64,000 bases of DNA, from positions 50-64,049 of the forward strand of contig CAYQJX010000014.1 of NCBI GenBank assembly GCA_964417965.1, written 5' to 3'. This document shows, in pieces, positions 28,523 through 37,629 of the stretch. The stretch's first letter is position 1, and every line of letters begins with the position of its first letter. The notes under the pieces are model-generated. The model worked only from the letters and a program-made list of their open reading frames with translations. It did no database searches and was not told where the DNA came from. The translations under genes were made by a program, and so were the position numbers. Source of the DNA: an uncultured Elusimicrobiaceae bacterium. Its GTDB lineage: Bacteria; Elusimicrobiota; Elusimicrobia; Elusimicrobiales; UBA9959.

Positions 28523-28700
28523 AGCGGGTGAAATGAAATTCCCATCACCCAAATACTAACCCAGTAAATTCTGAGCGGGTGACATGCGAGCGTCAGCGAG
28601 CTCTCCCCATAAGGAATATTCCCATCACCCAAGTCTAAATCAGAGCGGGTGACAGCGAGCGTCAGCGAGCTTCCCCTATAAGGAACTATTCCCATCACCA
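28523..28700. repeat. Tandem array of three tRNA-3'-end-derived units (50- and 70-bp periods)
   Basis: Units start at 28523, 28573 and 28643. Each begins (g)agcgggtga and ends attcccatcacc(c). Both ends match the acceptor/T-arm of the adjacent tRNA-Gly, in direct and inverted sense respectively. Confidence 0.75.
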
Positions 28701-28763
28701 CAAAGTTTAGAACGTTGCTAAAAACCTACATCAGTAACAAACACTACAACCGATACTAAAATT

Positions 28764-28837
28764 TGGAGCGGGTGATGGGAATCGAACCCACGTCTAATGC
28801 TTGGGAAGCACTCGTTCTACCATTGAACTACACCCGC
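28764..28837 (-). tRNA. tRNA-Gly (anticodon CCC), CCA encoded
   Basis: The 74-nt minus-strand sequence GCGGGTG-TA-GTTC-AATGGTA-GAAC-G-AGTGC-TTCCCAA-GCATT-AGAC-GTGGG-TTCGATT-CCCAT-CACCCGC-T-CCA folds as a cloverleaf. Confidence 0.9.
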
Positions 28838-28879
28838 GTTAAAACTACGCCCCGCTCTTAATAAGAATAATACTCGTAA

Positions 28880-28908
28880 ATTCTACTTAAAAGAGTATAA
28901 GAATTCAA
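28880..28908 (-). promoter_or_regulatory. Sigma70-type promoter TTGAAT-N17-TAGAAT for tRNA-Gly
   Basis: The hexamers sit at 28908-28903 and 28885-28880 on the minus strand, ~40 nt upstream of the mature tRNA 5' end. Confidence 0.55.
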
Positions 28909-28913
28909 TAATA

Positions 28914-29471
28914 TTATTGTTTCTTTATAAGGTTCAGGAATTCCTGCCGCACTTTGCTGTCGCTCTGGAAGACGCCCAGCATGGAACTGGTGGTGGCGAA
29001 GGAGGTTTCGTTCTTCACCCCCCGCATGCTGACGCAGAGGTGCTCGGCCTCCATTACCACCCCCACCCCGCGCGGCTTGAGCACCTTGTAGAGCATGCCG
29101 GCTATCTCCCCGGTCAGGCGCTCCTGCACCTGCAGGCGGCGGGCGAAAGCTTCCACCAGGCGGGGTATCTTGGAGAGGCCCACTATGCGCCCGTTGGGGA
29201 TATAGGCCACGTGGGCCCTGCCGAAAAAGGGCAGCATGTGGTGCTCGCACAGCGAGTAGAACGCTATGTCCTTTACTATCACCATCTCCTTGTAGTCGGC
29301 CTTGAAGAAGGCGCCGTTGAAAACCTTGGTCATGTCGGCGTTATAGCCGGAGGTGATCTCGCGCAGGGCCCGCGCCACGCGCTGCGGGGTTTTTATCAAA
29401 CCTTCGCGCGCCGGGTTTTCGCCCAGGGCTTCAAGGATCTGCCGGGTGGCCGCTTCAAGGGGGTCTTTCAT
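28914..29471 (-). CDS. folE: GTP cyclohydrolase I
   Basis: 185 aa. REGL..TP.RV, SLCEHHMLPF and GLSK..R motifs. Confidence 0.9.
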   Translation of the reverse strand: MKDPLEAATRQILEALGENPAREGLIKTPQRVARALREITSGYNADMTKVFNGAFFKADYKEMVIVKDIAFYSLCEHHMLPFFGRAHVAYIPNGRIVGLSKIPRLVEAFARRLQVQERLTGEIAGMLYKVLKPRGVGVVMEAEHLCVSMRGVKNETSFATTSSMLGVFQSDSKVRQEFLNLIKKQ

Positions 29472-29478
29472 GGTTATA

Positions 29479-29484
29479 ATTTTA
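29479..29484 (-). promoter_or_regulatory. -10 box TAAAAT placed 7 nt before the folE ATG
   Basis: The sense strand reads TATTG-TAAAAT-TATAACC-ATG(29471). No Shine-Dalgarno. Confidence 0.35.
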
Positions 29485-29552
29485 CAATACTTGCGGACGC
29501 CAAAAAAATCCCCTGCGGGCGCGGGGGATCCGGCGGCGCTCGGCCGGCCTTT

Positions 29553-30170
29553 TTACTTGGAGGCGATGTAGAGCCACTTGCTGGTGGCGTTGAGGCTGCG
29601 GGAGGCGGCGCCCAGGCCCTTAAGCTCGGCGGCGAGGGCGTCCATGGCTTCCTGCTCCGCCACTATCTGGGTGATCTTTTTGCCGCGGACTTTCTTGCCG
29701 CCCTTCCTGGAGGCGACGGCGTCGCGCATGGCCGCTTTCTTGTTCCTGGCCGCCAGCCCGGCTACCAGCCCGTTGACCTGGCCCACCTTGCGGTTGACCT
29801 TGCGGCTGTAGCTCATGATGGTGTTGGTATAGGCGGAAAGCTCCGAGCCGGCCTCTATGGAGGAGAACTCGGCCTTGTTGAGGGCGGAGATGTGGCGGAG
29901 GTTGCCGGCGATGGACTTCAGGCTGACGCGCAGGGCGGAGAGGTCCTCCACCGTCAACTTGCCGTTGGCCGTGTCGAGGGTTTCCACGGCTTCGTCGAGG
30001 TATTCGTCCTGGCGGACCAGCTTAAAAAGGATGTCCTTGAATTCTTTGACTTTGGGATTTTCTACCTTCACTCCGGAGTCGGCCGGGGTTTTAACGTCGG
30101 CGGCGGCGAAAGCGAGGCCCAGCCCCGCGAAGAGTACCAGCCCGGCCGTAAGCGCAAATTTGTTCTTCAT
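29553..30170 (-). CDS. Secreted hypothetical protein (helical)
   Basis: Internal ATG at 30170 with a GGAGGA Shine-Dalgarno. Signal peptide MKNKFALTAGLVLFAGLGLAFAAA. No recognisable motif. Confidence 0.5.
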   Translation of the reverse strand: MKNKFALTAGLVLFAGLGLAFAAADVKTPADSGVKVENPKVKEFKDILFKLVRQDEYLDEAVETLDTANGKLTVEDLSALRVSLKSIAGNLRHISALNKAEFSSIEAGSELSAYTNTIMSYSRKVNRKVGQVNGLVAGLAARNKKAAMRDAVASRKGGKKVRGKKITQIVAEQEAMDALAAELKGLGAASRSLNATSKWLYIASK

Positions 30171-30253
30171 GTTTTTCCTCCACTTGCCTGTAATATAGTC
30201 TAGCTTTTGGAGGAGGTCACGGCACGGGCCTATGGAACCATATATTAAAGATA

Positions 30254-30279
30254 AAAGGCCCACCTTACAGTAGGCCTTT
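30254..30279 (-). terminator. Possible terminator after cca
   Basis: aaaggcc (30254-30260) pairs with ggccttt (30273-30279). TTTTATCTTT follows on the minus strand. Confidence 0.35.
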
Positions 30280-30337
30280 CGGGTAATTAGGCTACAGGAG
30301 CAGCGGGGCCGTGTTTTGCGTTCCGGTCCCACTGCGA

Positions 30338-31816
30338 CTACTTCATGCCCTTCAGGGCTTTAAGGGCCTGGTCGCGGGTCTTCACCTTGCCTTCGAACTG
30401 CAGCAGCTGCACCTTCTCCAGCAGTTCCCCTATGCGGGGCCCCTCGGTCAGCTTCAGGATCTTTATCACGTCGTTGCCGTCCACCAGCCTGGCGGCGCGC
30501 AGCTTGAGGTTCTTCCGGATGTACACCGAGAGCAGCCCGTTGAGCACCTGCATGTAGCGCAGGGTCTTCTTGGGAGAATTGTAGGGCAGGCCCGGCTTCA
30601 GCGGGGCCGGCGCTTCGTGCAGGCGCTTGCGGAACTTTTTAAGCTGTTCGGCCGAGACGTAGCTGGCGTGGTCCGCCCAGGACAGCACCAGCAGCGGCAC
30701 CGTGTATTCGCCCATGCTGCGGAAGAAGCGGAACATCGCCCTGTCGGAGATGACGTCGTTGGCGGCCAGGTTGCCGGGGCGCAGGTGCGTGCCTATTATG
30801 GCGGTGACCAGGCGGATCTCGTCGCGCGCAAAGCGCAGGTCCCCCATCACCTTCTCGGTCATCACGGCGCCGAATTCCTCGTGGCCGAAGAAGCGCAGGC
30901 GTCCTTTGACCATGGCGGCCTTGGGCGGCTTGGCGATATCGTGAAGGAGGGCGGCCAGCTTGAACAGGCGCGGGGCGGGGATCAGCCCGGCTACTTTCTT
31001 GTGGTCCCGCAGGTAGGCGGCCTGGTTGGCGAAAAGATGGTCCATGCGCTCCACCACGCGCAGGGTATGGGTGAGCACGCCGCCTTTGCCGTAATAGCCC
31101 ACGGCGCAGGTCTCCTGGGCGGCCAGGTCCGGGAACACGGCGCAAAGCAGGCCGGCCTTGTGCATGAGCGCCAGCCAGAGGTGGGACTCGCGGCTTTCCA
31201 GCAGGCGCATCAGCTCTTCCCGCACGCGCTCCCTGGCGGGCTTGGCGATGAGCGGAGCGTGTTTCTTTATGGCCCTGAGCACGGGCGCGGGAATGGCGAA
31301 GTCCAGCCCGGAGGCTATGCGGAAGGCGCGCATCAGGCGCACCGGGTCTTCGGTGAAGATATCGGGGGCTACCGGCTTTATCTTTTTTGCGGCCAGGTCT
31401 TTGAGCCCGCCGAACGGGTCGGTTATGGCGGCGCGCGCGGGTTTAAAAGTGTAGGCGCCGTCGCGGCCAGCCTTAAAGGTGTGGCCCCGCTCCAGGCGCA
31501 GGGCCATGGCGTTTATGGTGAAGTCGCGGCGCGCCAGGTCCGAGGCCAGCGTGCCGCCCACGAAGGGCATGAGGTCCACCTGCAGGCCGGCCTGGCGGCG
31601 CGGGCTGAGGCGGTACACCTGGTTCTCCTCGTCTAGCGGGAAGCAGGCGGCGTCCAGGGCGCGGGCCAGCGCGCGCACCCGGGAGGCGAAGTCGGCCGAC
31701 GGCGGCACGGCCAGGTCTATGTCTTTGAAAGGGCGCTTCAGGACGGCGTCGCGCAGGGCCCCGCCCACAAGCCAGGCTTCGGGGAAAACGCGTAGTATCT
31801 TTTGTGTCAGTTCCAT
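30338..31816 (-). CDS. cca: CCA-adding tRNA nucleotidyltransferase / poly(A) polymerase family with HD domain
   Basis: GGALRD..L....DIDL head-domain motif followed by an HD domain (LLHDIAKP). Confidence 0.8.
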   Translation of the reverse strand: MELTQKILRVFPEAWLVGGALRDAVLKRPFKDIDLAVPPSADFASRVRALARALDAACFPLDEENQVYRLSPRRQAGLQVDLMPFVGGTLASDLARRDFTINAMALRLERGHTFKAGRDGAYTFKPARAAITDPFGGLKDLAAKKIKPVAPDIFTEDPVRLMRAFRIASGLDFAIPAPVLRAIKKHAPLIAKPARERVREELMRLLESRESHLWLALMHKAGLLCAVFPDLAAQETCAVGYYGKGGVLTHTLRVVERMDHLFANQAAYLRDHKKVAGLIPAPRLFKLAALLHDIAKPPKAAMVKGRLRFFGHEEFGAVMTEKVMGDLRFARDEIRLVTAIIGTHLRPGNLAANDVISDRAMFRFFRSMGEYTVPLLVLSWADHASYVSAEQLKKFRKRLHEAPAPLKPGLPYNSPKKTLRYMQVLNGLLSVYIRKNLKLRAARLVDGNDVIKILKLTEGPRIGELLEKVQLLQFEGKVKTRDQALKALKGMK

Positions 31817-31846
31817 CGCTGCCTTACCGGTTGCTGCTCCCCCGCG

Positions 31847-33454
31847 TCAGTGGGCCGAGGGCGCGGGCTTATGCGCGGCGCCGGCGGCGGCGGCCCGCTT
31901 CTCGAGTTCTTTTTTAAGCAGCTCGCGCTTGAGCACTTTCTGCAGGGCGTTCTTGGGCAGGGCGGAGACTATCTCCACCTCGCGCGGGCGCTTGTAGGCG
32001 TCGAAATTTTCTTTTATGAACTTCATGATCTCGGCCTTCTCCAGCTGCACGTCGGGCCGGGCCACGCAGAAACATTTCATGGTCTCGTTGCCGGAGCCGT
32101 CGGGAATGCCGATGACGGCGTTCTCGAGGACCTTGGGGTGCGTGCAGATGGTGTGCTCGATCTGGGCCGGGAACACCTTGAGTCCCTTCACGATGACCAT
32201 GTCCTTCTTGCGGTCGCGGATGAACAGGAAGCCGTCGGTGTCGAGCACGCCGATGTCGCCGGTCTTGAGCCAGCCGTCGTCGGTAAACAGCTCGCGGGTG
32301 GCGGTCTCGTTGGCGTGGTAGCCGCGGGTGATGTTGGGGCCCATCACGCAGATCTCGCCTTCCTCGCCGTGCTTGAGGTTGTTGCCCTGCTCGTCCACGA
32401 TCCGGATCTTCACGCCGGGGATGGCCTTGCCCACCGAGCCGTGCCTGCGGGACTTGGGCGGGACTATGGTGACCACGGGGCTGGTTTCGGTGAGGCCGTA
32501 GCCCTCCAGGATGTGCAGCGCGAAGGACTTGTGGAAATGGTCCGTGATGGTGCGGTTGAGCGGGGCGGCGCCGGACAGGCACAGGCGCACCTTGCGCAGG
32601 CTCCAGAACTTCAGGAAGAACTTCTTGAGGCCGCGGGCTTCCTTGGCCAGCACGCCGTAGATCTGCGGCACGGCTATCATGATGGTGACGCCCTCGCGGC
32701 CCATGGCCTGCAGCCAGGGCTTGGGCGGGGTGATGCTCTTAACTATGAGCGTCTTGGAGCCGAGCAGGATAGGGGTGATCACGTTGCCGGTCCAGGAGAA
32801 AGTGTGGAACATGGGCAGCAGCGCCATGAACACGTCTTTTTTTGTGGGCTCCAGGGTGGCGATGGCCGACTTGGAGTTCTCTATCATGTTGTGGTGCGTC
32901 AGCAGCACGCCCTTGGGGTGGCCGGTGGTGCCGGAGGTGTAGAGGATGGTGGCCAGGTCGTGCTCGTCGGCGGCGGCCTTCTGGGTCTGCGGGTGGTAAT
33001 GGGCGTGCTTGAGGTATTGCCAGAAGTCGGTGACGCCGTCGAGGCCGCAGAAGTCGGCGGAGAGTATGAATTTGAGGGCCGGCAGGTTCTTGCGGATGGA
33101 GGTGTAGTTCTTGGCGAATTCCTTTTCGGTGATCACGCCCTTGCAGGCCGAGTTCTCCAGGATATAGGAGATCTCCTCGCCTTTGGAGACCAGGTAGTTG
33201 ATCGGTACGGCCACCGCGCCTATCTTGGCCATGGCGAAATAGGAGATGACGAATTCCGTGGAGTTGCGCAGCACTATGGCCGCGCGGTCGCCCTTGCGCA
33301 GGCCCAGCTGCCAGAACATGTCGGCGGCGCGGTCCACGGAGAACAGGACCTCGTGCCAGGACATCCTCTTGTCCCCGGTCACATAAGCCGTCTCTTCCGG
33401 GCTCCTTTCTGCCGTTTTGGCCAGGCATGAGTACAGGTCTTTGGGTTGGGTCAT
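31847..33454 (-). CDS. Long-chain fatty-acid--CoA ligase-like AMP-binding enzyme
   Basis: 535 aa. LYTSGTTGHPKGV, GYGLTE, TGDIG and VKGLKV motifs. Confidence 0.85.
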   Translation of the reverse strand: MTQPKDLYSCLAKTAERSPEETAYVTGDKRMSWHEVLFSVDRAADMFWQLGLRKGDRAAIVLRNSTEFVISYFAMAKIGAVAVPINYLVSKGEEISYILENSACKGVITEKEFAKNYTSIRKNLPALKFILSADFCGLDGVTDFWQYLKHAHYHPQTQKAAADEHDLATILYTSGTTGHPKGVLLTHHNMIENSKSAIATLEPTKKDVFMALLPMFHTFSWTGNVITPILLGSKTLIVKSITPPKPWLQAMGREGVTIMIAVPQIYGVLAKEARGLKKFFLKFWSLRKVRLCLSGAAPLNRTITDHFHKSFALHILEGYGLTETSPVVTIVPPKSRRHGSVGKAIPGVKIRIVDEQGNNLKHGEEGEICVMGPNITRGYHANETATRELFTDDGWLKTGDIGVLDTDGFLFIRDRKKDMVIVKGLKVFPAQIEHTICTHPKVLENAVIGIPDGSGNETMKCFCVARPDVQLEKAEIMKFIKENFDAYKRPREVEIVSALPKNALQKVLKRELLKKELEKRAAAAGAAHKPAPSAH

Positions 33455-33460
33455 GGCTAA

Positions 33461-33466
33461 ATTGTA
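33461..33466 (-). promoter_or_regulatory. -10 box TACAAT placed 6 nt before the ATG
   Basis: The sense strand reads TATC-TACAAT-TTAGCC-ATG(33454). Confidence 0.45.
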
Positions 33467-33526
33467 GATAATAAATAGCGTTTATTAAAGACCTTGTAAC
33501 CAAAATAACGCGGCCTGCTGGCGTGA

Positions 33527-33665
33527 CAAGGGTGCCGGATAAGCAAAACCGTCGTTGAGCCCGCCGCTTGCATAAGCGCGGCGGGCGAATACCGAGCGAG
33601 GGCACGGTGTGCCCGCGTGGAGCGGAGCGACACTTTCTTGCGTGTTTTGCGTTCCGGCACCCTTG
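33527..33665. repeat. Structured ~140-nt intergenic element, copy A
   Basis: Outer stem caagggtgccgga / tccggcacccttg. Inner gcttgcataagc hairpin inside a gcccgcc/ggcgggc stem. Contains the gggcacggtgtgccc hairpin. Collinear with 59173-59309. Confidence 0.7.
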
Positions 33666-33686
33666 GCGCGCCGGCATACTCAGGGG

Positions 33687-35177
33687 TTATTCTCTTCCGG
33701 CTTCGTGTACCTGGATGTAGCGTTTGGCCAGGAGCAGGCCGATAGGGGTTACCAGGGCCATGCCCCCCACCCACACCCAGATCATCTGGGAGTTGCGCGC
33801 GCCTTCGGCCGGGCAGTAGGCCGCCAGCAGGAAGCCCGAGAGCGGCCCCACCAGGAACTTGGCGAAGAAATACGGCAGCATGGACAGGGCCATGTAGGAG
33901 CCTTCCTGGCCCTTGGGCGCTATCGCGGCCGGATACTCGTAGAGCCGCGGCGAGTAGAAAGCCTCGCCGATGGAATAGATGAACACCGTCAGCACTATGG
34001 CCGGGAACAGCGGGTTGAGCGGCTTGGAGACTATGTCCAGGTTCAGCCACCAGGCGATGAGAGAGCCGAAGGGCCCGTCCGCCAGCGGCTGGAACATAAC
34101 CGGGTTCACGGCCATCAGGAACACCGAGAGCGCCGCGATGGTAGTGCCTATGATCACAGACTTGTAGGCGGTGAACTTCTGCGTCAGCGCGCCCACGATA
34201 GGCGCCAGGATGATGACGACGACGGCGTTGAGCGTGCCGAAGAGCTGGCCTATGGGCGCGCCCTCGCCCAGCTCGCGGATGCCGAACTTGGGGAAGGTGT
34301 AGTAGAAGTGGTAGAGGATGAACTTCACGAACACCACGAAGCCGAAGAAGGCCAGGAAGCGGTAGAACGCCGGCTGCTGCCAAAGCGAGCTGAAGATGCG
34401 CCACCAGTCAGCCATCGCGTCGCGGCTGGAGAGCAGAAAGGCGTTCCCGAAGGACTCGCCCTGGTACTTGACGACGGCCGGGGTGATCTTCACGCCCTCG
34501 TCGGTGGCCTCCACGCCCTCGCGCATGGCGAACCAGGTCAGGATGAGGTTGGGCAGCGTGCACAGCATGCCCAGCAGGATGATGGTCTGGTAGGTGCTGA
34601 TCTGGATGCCGAGGTAGGGCACGGTGAAGTGGCCGTATTCGCCCAGGCCGCCGCGCACCTTGTCCACCACGTAGCCGGCTATCGCGAAGCCTACGTTCAT
34701 CATGGAGTAATAGACGGAGAAGGCGATGGAGCGCTGCTTGGTGGTGGTAAAGCGCCTGACCGCGGCCACCATGACGGGCGTCTGCAGCGCCTCGCCCAGG
34801 GCCAGCGGGAACAGGCCGAACGGCACCGCTATGTACTGGATGGCGAAGAAGGCCATCACAAAGCGCGCCAGCGCGGCCAGGCCGAAGCCCACCAGCAGCG
34901 AGCGGCGGATGCCGACGGCGTCCACGAGCGAGCCGACCATCACGGTGAAGGTGGTAAGGATGATGGACCAGCTGGCTATCACGAAGCCGGCGCTCTTGTC
35001 GCCGAACTTCAGGTCCGAGGAGAGCCACAGCACCAGCACCGAGTTCACCAGGCTGTAGGCCAGGATGGTCATGATCTTCGTGCCGAAGATTATCCACAGT
35101 TCCCTCACGGCGCCCTTGAGCACCATGAACCTGCCTATAAAGGTCTCTTCTTTCACAGCGGTCGTTGCGTCGGTCAT
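33687..35177 (-). CDS. MFS-type transporter
   Basis: 496 aa with ~12-14 hydrophobic segments. G..VD..G.RR loop motif between TM2 and TM3. GGAGAA Shine-Dalgarno upstream. Confidence 0.65.
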   Translation of the reverse strand: MTDATTAVKEETFIGRFMVLKGAVRELWIIFGTKIMTILAYSLVNSVLVLWLSSDLKFGDKSAGFVIASWSIILTTFTVMVGSLVDAVGIRRSLLVGFGLAALARFVMAFFAIQYIAVPFGLFPLALGEALQTPVMVAAVRRFTTTKQRSIAFSVYYSMMNVGFAIAGYVVDKVRGGLGEYGHFTVPYLGIQISTYQTIILLGMLCTLPNLILTWFAMREGVEATDEGVKITPAVVKYQGESFGNAFLLSSRDAMADWWRIFSSLWQQPAFYRFLAFFGFVVFVKFILYHFYYTFPKFGIRELGEGAPIGQLFGTLNAVVVIILAPIVGALTQKFTAYKSVIIGTTIAALSVFLMAVNPVMFQPLADGPFGSLIAWWLNLDIVSKPLNPLFPAIVLTVFIYSIGEAFYSPRLYEYPAAIAPKGQEGSYMALSMLPYFFAKFLVGPLSGFLLAAYCPAEGARNSQMIWVWVGGMALVTPIGLLLAKRYIQVHEAGRE

Positions 35178-36199
35178 TTTTTCTCCGTTGTCGCGGTCAG
35201 CGCCTCGCCCGGCTTAACGCCGTCGCGCATTTTTTTGTAAAGCTCGTCGAACTGCGGGGCCAGCTTCAGGAAGGCGGCCATCACCACCGGGTCGAAATGG
35301 GCCGGCTTCATCCTGTCGTCGCCCTCGGTGATTATCTTGAAGGCCCCGCCGTGGTCGTAGTTGGGCTTGTACACGCGCGAGTTGCGCAGCGCGTCGTAGC
35401 AGTCGCAGATGGCGGTGATGCGGGCCTCCAGGGGGATCTCCTCCCCCTTCAGGCCCCTGGGATAGCCGGTGCCGTCCCAGCGCTCGTGGTGGCACAGGGC
35501 GATGCGCCGGCCGAACTGCAGGTGGGGATGGTCGCCGATGATCATGGCGCCGAAAGTGGTGTGCTGCTTCATCTCCTCCATTTCCTCGGGCGTGAGGCGG
35601 CCGGCCTTCTTGAGGATGTGGCTGGGGATGTGCACCTTGCCCACGTCGTGCAGCGTGGCCTGGGAGCGGATGGTCTCCACGAACTTCTCGGATTGGTTCA
35701 GCTCGCGCGAGACCAGCCCGGCGTATTCGGCCACGCGCAGGATATGGTTGCCGGTGTCTATGTCGTTGGCCTCGGCCGCGCGCGCCAGCGCCAGGATGAG
35801 GTAGTCGAAAGCCCCCTCGAATTCGGCCGTGCGCAGCATGTTGCCGATGCGCAGCAGCAGCTCGGCCTGGTCGTAGGGCTTTGAAAGGAATTCCTCGGCG
35901 CCGGACTCCATGCCCTTCATCTTGTTCTCCTTGTTGTCCATGGAGGTGATCATGATGACCGGGATATGGGTGAGCTGGGGGTCGGCTTTCAGCTGTTTGC
36001 AGAGCTCGTGGCCGTTCATGACCGGCATGTTGATGTCGAGCAGCACCAGGTCCACGGGCTTGGCCGCCAGCACCGCCAGCGCCTCTTTGCCGTTAAGGGC
36101 CGTAAGGGTCTCGTAGCCGTGCGGCTTGAGCAGCGCCTCGAGCAGGTCCAGGTTAAAGTCCTCGTCGTCGACGGCTAGGATGCGGTAGGCGCGTTTCAT
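35174..36199 (-). CDS. Response regulator with HD-GYP (c-di-GMP phosphodiesterase) output domain
   Basis: Internal ATG at 36199. Receiver domain (ILAVDDE...DLVLLDINMP...K). HD-GYP motifs (LHDVGK, HHERWDGTGYP). Confidence 0.85.
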   Translation of the reverse strand: MKRAYRILAVDDEDFNLDLLEALLKPHGYETLTALNGKEALAVLAAKPVDLVLLDINMPVMNGHELCKQLKADPQLTHIPVIMITSMDNKENKMKGMESGAEEFLSKPYDQAELLLRIGNMLRTAEFEGAFDYLILALARAAEANDIDTGNHILRVAEYAGLVSRELNQSEKFVETIRSQATLHDVGKVHIPSHILKKAGRLTPEEMEEMKQHTTFGAMIIGDHPHLQFGRRIALCHHERWDGTGYPRGLKGEEIPLEARITAICDCYDALRNSRVYKPNYDHGGAFKIITEGDDRMKPAHFDPVVMAAFLKLAPQFDELYKKMRDGVKPGEALTATTEKK

Positions 36200-36210
36200 C
36201 AGTATCGATT

Positions 36211-37629
36211 TTATCTTACTTTCTTCAGGATTACCAGCGCCGCGGCGGCCAGCGTGAAAAGAAAAGAGAAGGGCGCCAGCAGCCAGCCGTAGCGGGTATA
36301 GGCGGTTCCCCCGGAGGCAAGCCGGGCCTGCGCTACCAGGGCGCCCTCGGCGCCGTTGGCGAGGGCAGCCCGCTCGCGGCCCAGGCCGTCTATCACCTGC
36401 GACCTGCCGGAGGAGGCGGCGCGGATTATCCACAGGCCGGTCTCTACCGCGCGCGCGGCCGTCATGTCGGAGTGCTGCGTATGCTGCAGGGCGCTCCATT
36501 CCATGGGGTCGAGGGTCGGGGTTATGATTATTTCGGCGCCGGCCTCCGCCATGAGCCTGCTGCCGTTCTCGAAAGCCAGGTCGTAGCAGATCTGCGGGCC
36601 GAGCAGCCCCAGCGGCGTGCGCACCGGCCGGGGCGAGCGGTTCTTGGGCAGGCCCCACTCCACGAACTGCACCGGGTGCATCTTCTGGTAGGTCCCTATG
36701 ACCCGTTTATCGCGCCCGAGGTGCAGCGTGTAGTTGGCGCGCTCCACGCCCCGCGCCCTGTAGGCGGGCACGCAGACGCCGACCACGGCTTCGGCCTTGG
36801 AGCCGCCGAGCCGCGAGGCGATGTAGGCCTCGTAGTTCTTTTCATCCGCGCGCGGCGGGTACACCGCGCATTCCGGCCAGACCAGCAGGTCCGCTCCGGC
36901 GGCTTCGGTCGAGAGGCTCAACCGGGCCATTTTGTTTATATCGGAGCGTTCGGCCTGCAGCAGCGCCGCCGTGAAGGGCCGCCCGGCGTCGGCCGGATAA
37001 TTCTTCAGCCTGTGTTCCCCCCAGGCCCAGGCGGCCGCCACGGCGGCCAGGGCGAGGGCCGCGGGCAGGCGGGAGCGGCGCCTCAGCGCCAGCGCCAGGG
37101 CCGCGTTGACGGCCACGATAAAAGCGGAGAGCCCGTAGACGCCCCAGACGCTGAGCGTCTGGTACAGCCCGGGGACGGTGACCTGGCTGTAGCCCAGCAC
37201 CAGCCAGGGGCATTCCAGCCACCAGAGTTCGGAGCGGAAATATTCCAGACCGGCCCAGCAGAGGCCGGCGGCGGCGGCCACGGCCAGCGCGCGCCTGTAG
37301 TCCAGGCCGCCGCGTTCGGCGAGGCCCCAGAGCCCGCGCAGCAGGGCCGCGTGCAGCGCCACCCAGAACGCGAAGATCGCCCAGAAGACCAGGGCCGGGA
37401 AATTAACCACGTTGGGCATCCAGGAGAGGGAGAGGGAGTAGAAGAGCAGGCCGGCCAGGCCGCCCAGCCACGCCGCGCGCCGCGCCGAGGGCGCGGCCGC
37501 CGCGGCGCAGAACAGCGGGACCAGCGCCACCCAGGCGGCCCAGCCCAGCGACAGCGGGGCGAAGCAGGCGGCCAGCAACAGTCCGGAGAGTGCGGCCAGC
37601 GCCGGGCCGGCCAGTTTTTCCCTGTTCAT
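36211..37629 (-). CDS. lnt: Apolipoprotein N-acyltransferase
   Basis: Internal ATG at 37629, overlapping the upstream stop as ATGA. Multi-TM N-terminal half, then a CN-hydrolase domain (LLVWPE...ICYD). Confidence 0.8.
   Translation of the reverse strand: MNREKLAGPALAALSGLLLAACFAPLSLGWAAWVALVPLFCAAAAAPSARRAAWLGGLAGLLFYSLSLSWMPNVVNFPALVFWAIFAFWVALHAALLRGLWGLAERGGLDYRRALAVAAAAGLCWAGLEYFRSELWWLECPWLVLGYSQVTVPGLYQTLSVWGVYGLSAFIVAVNAALALALRRRSRLPAALALAAVAAAWAWGEHRLKNYPADAGRPFTAALLQAERSDINKMARLSLSTEAAGADLLVWPECAVYPPRADEKNYEAYIASRLGGSKAEAVVGVCVPAYRARGVERANYTLHLGRDKRVIGTYQKMHPVQFVEWGLPKNRSPRPVRTPLGLLGPQICYDLAFENGSRLMAEAGAEIIITPTLDPMEWSALQHTQHSDMTAARAVETGLWIIRAASSGRSQVIDGLGRERAALANGAEGALVAQARLASGGTAYTRYGWLLAPFSFLFTLAAAALVILKKVR

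Noticed and set aside
28519-28701. 60-aa ORF and a possible mini-CRISPR in the repeat array next to tRNA-Gly
   Set aside because: Only three units with unequal periods (50 and 70 bp). The 'spacers' are themselves conserved and no cas genes are present. The ORF simply translates the repeats.
28484-28913. AT-rich patch around the tRNA as a genomic-island or prophage integration site
   Set aside because: No integrase, phage or transposase gene is adjacent. The flanking genes (CBM48 protein, folE) look native in composition. Only short tRNA-derived repeats remain.
30311-30326. 16-nt match (gtgttttgcgttccgg) to the right arm of structured element A, suggesting a third partial copy
   Set aside because: A single 16-nt identity in a 64-kb GC-biased window can arise by chance, and no matching left arm or inner hairpins are present.
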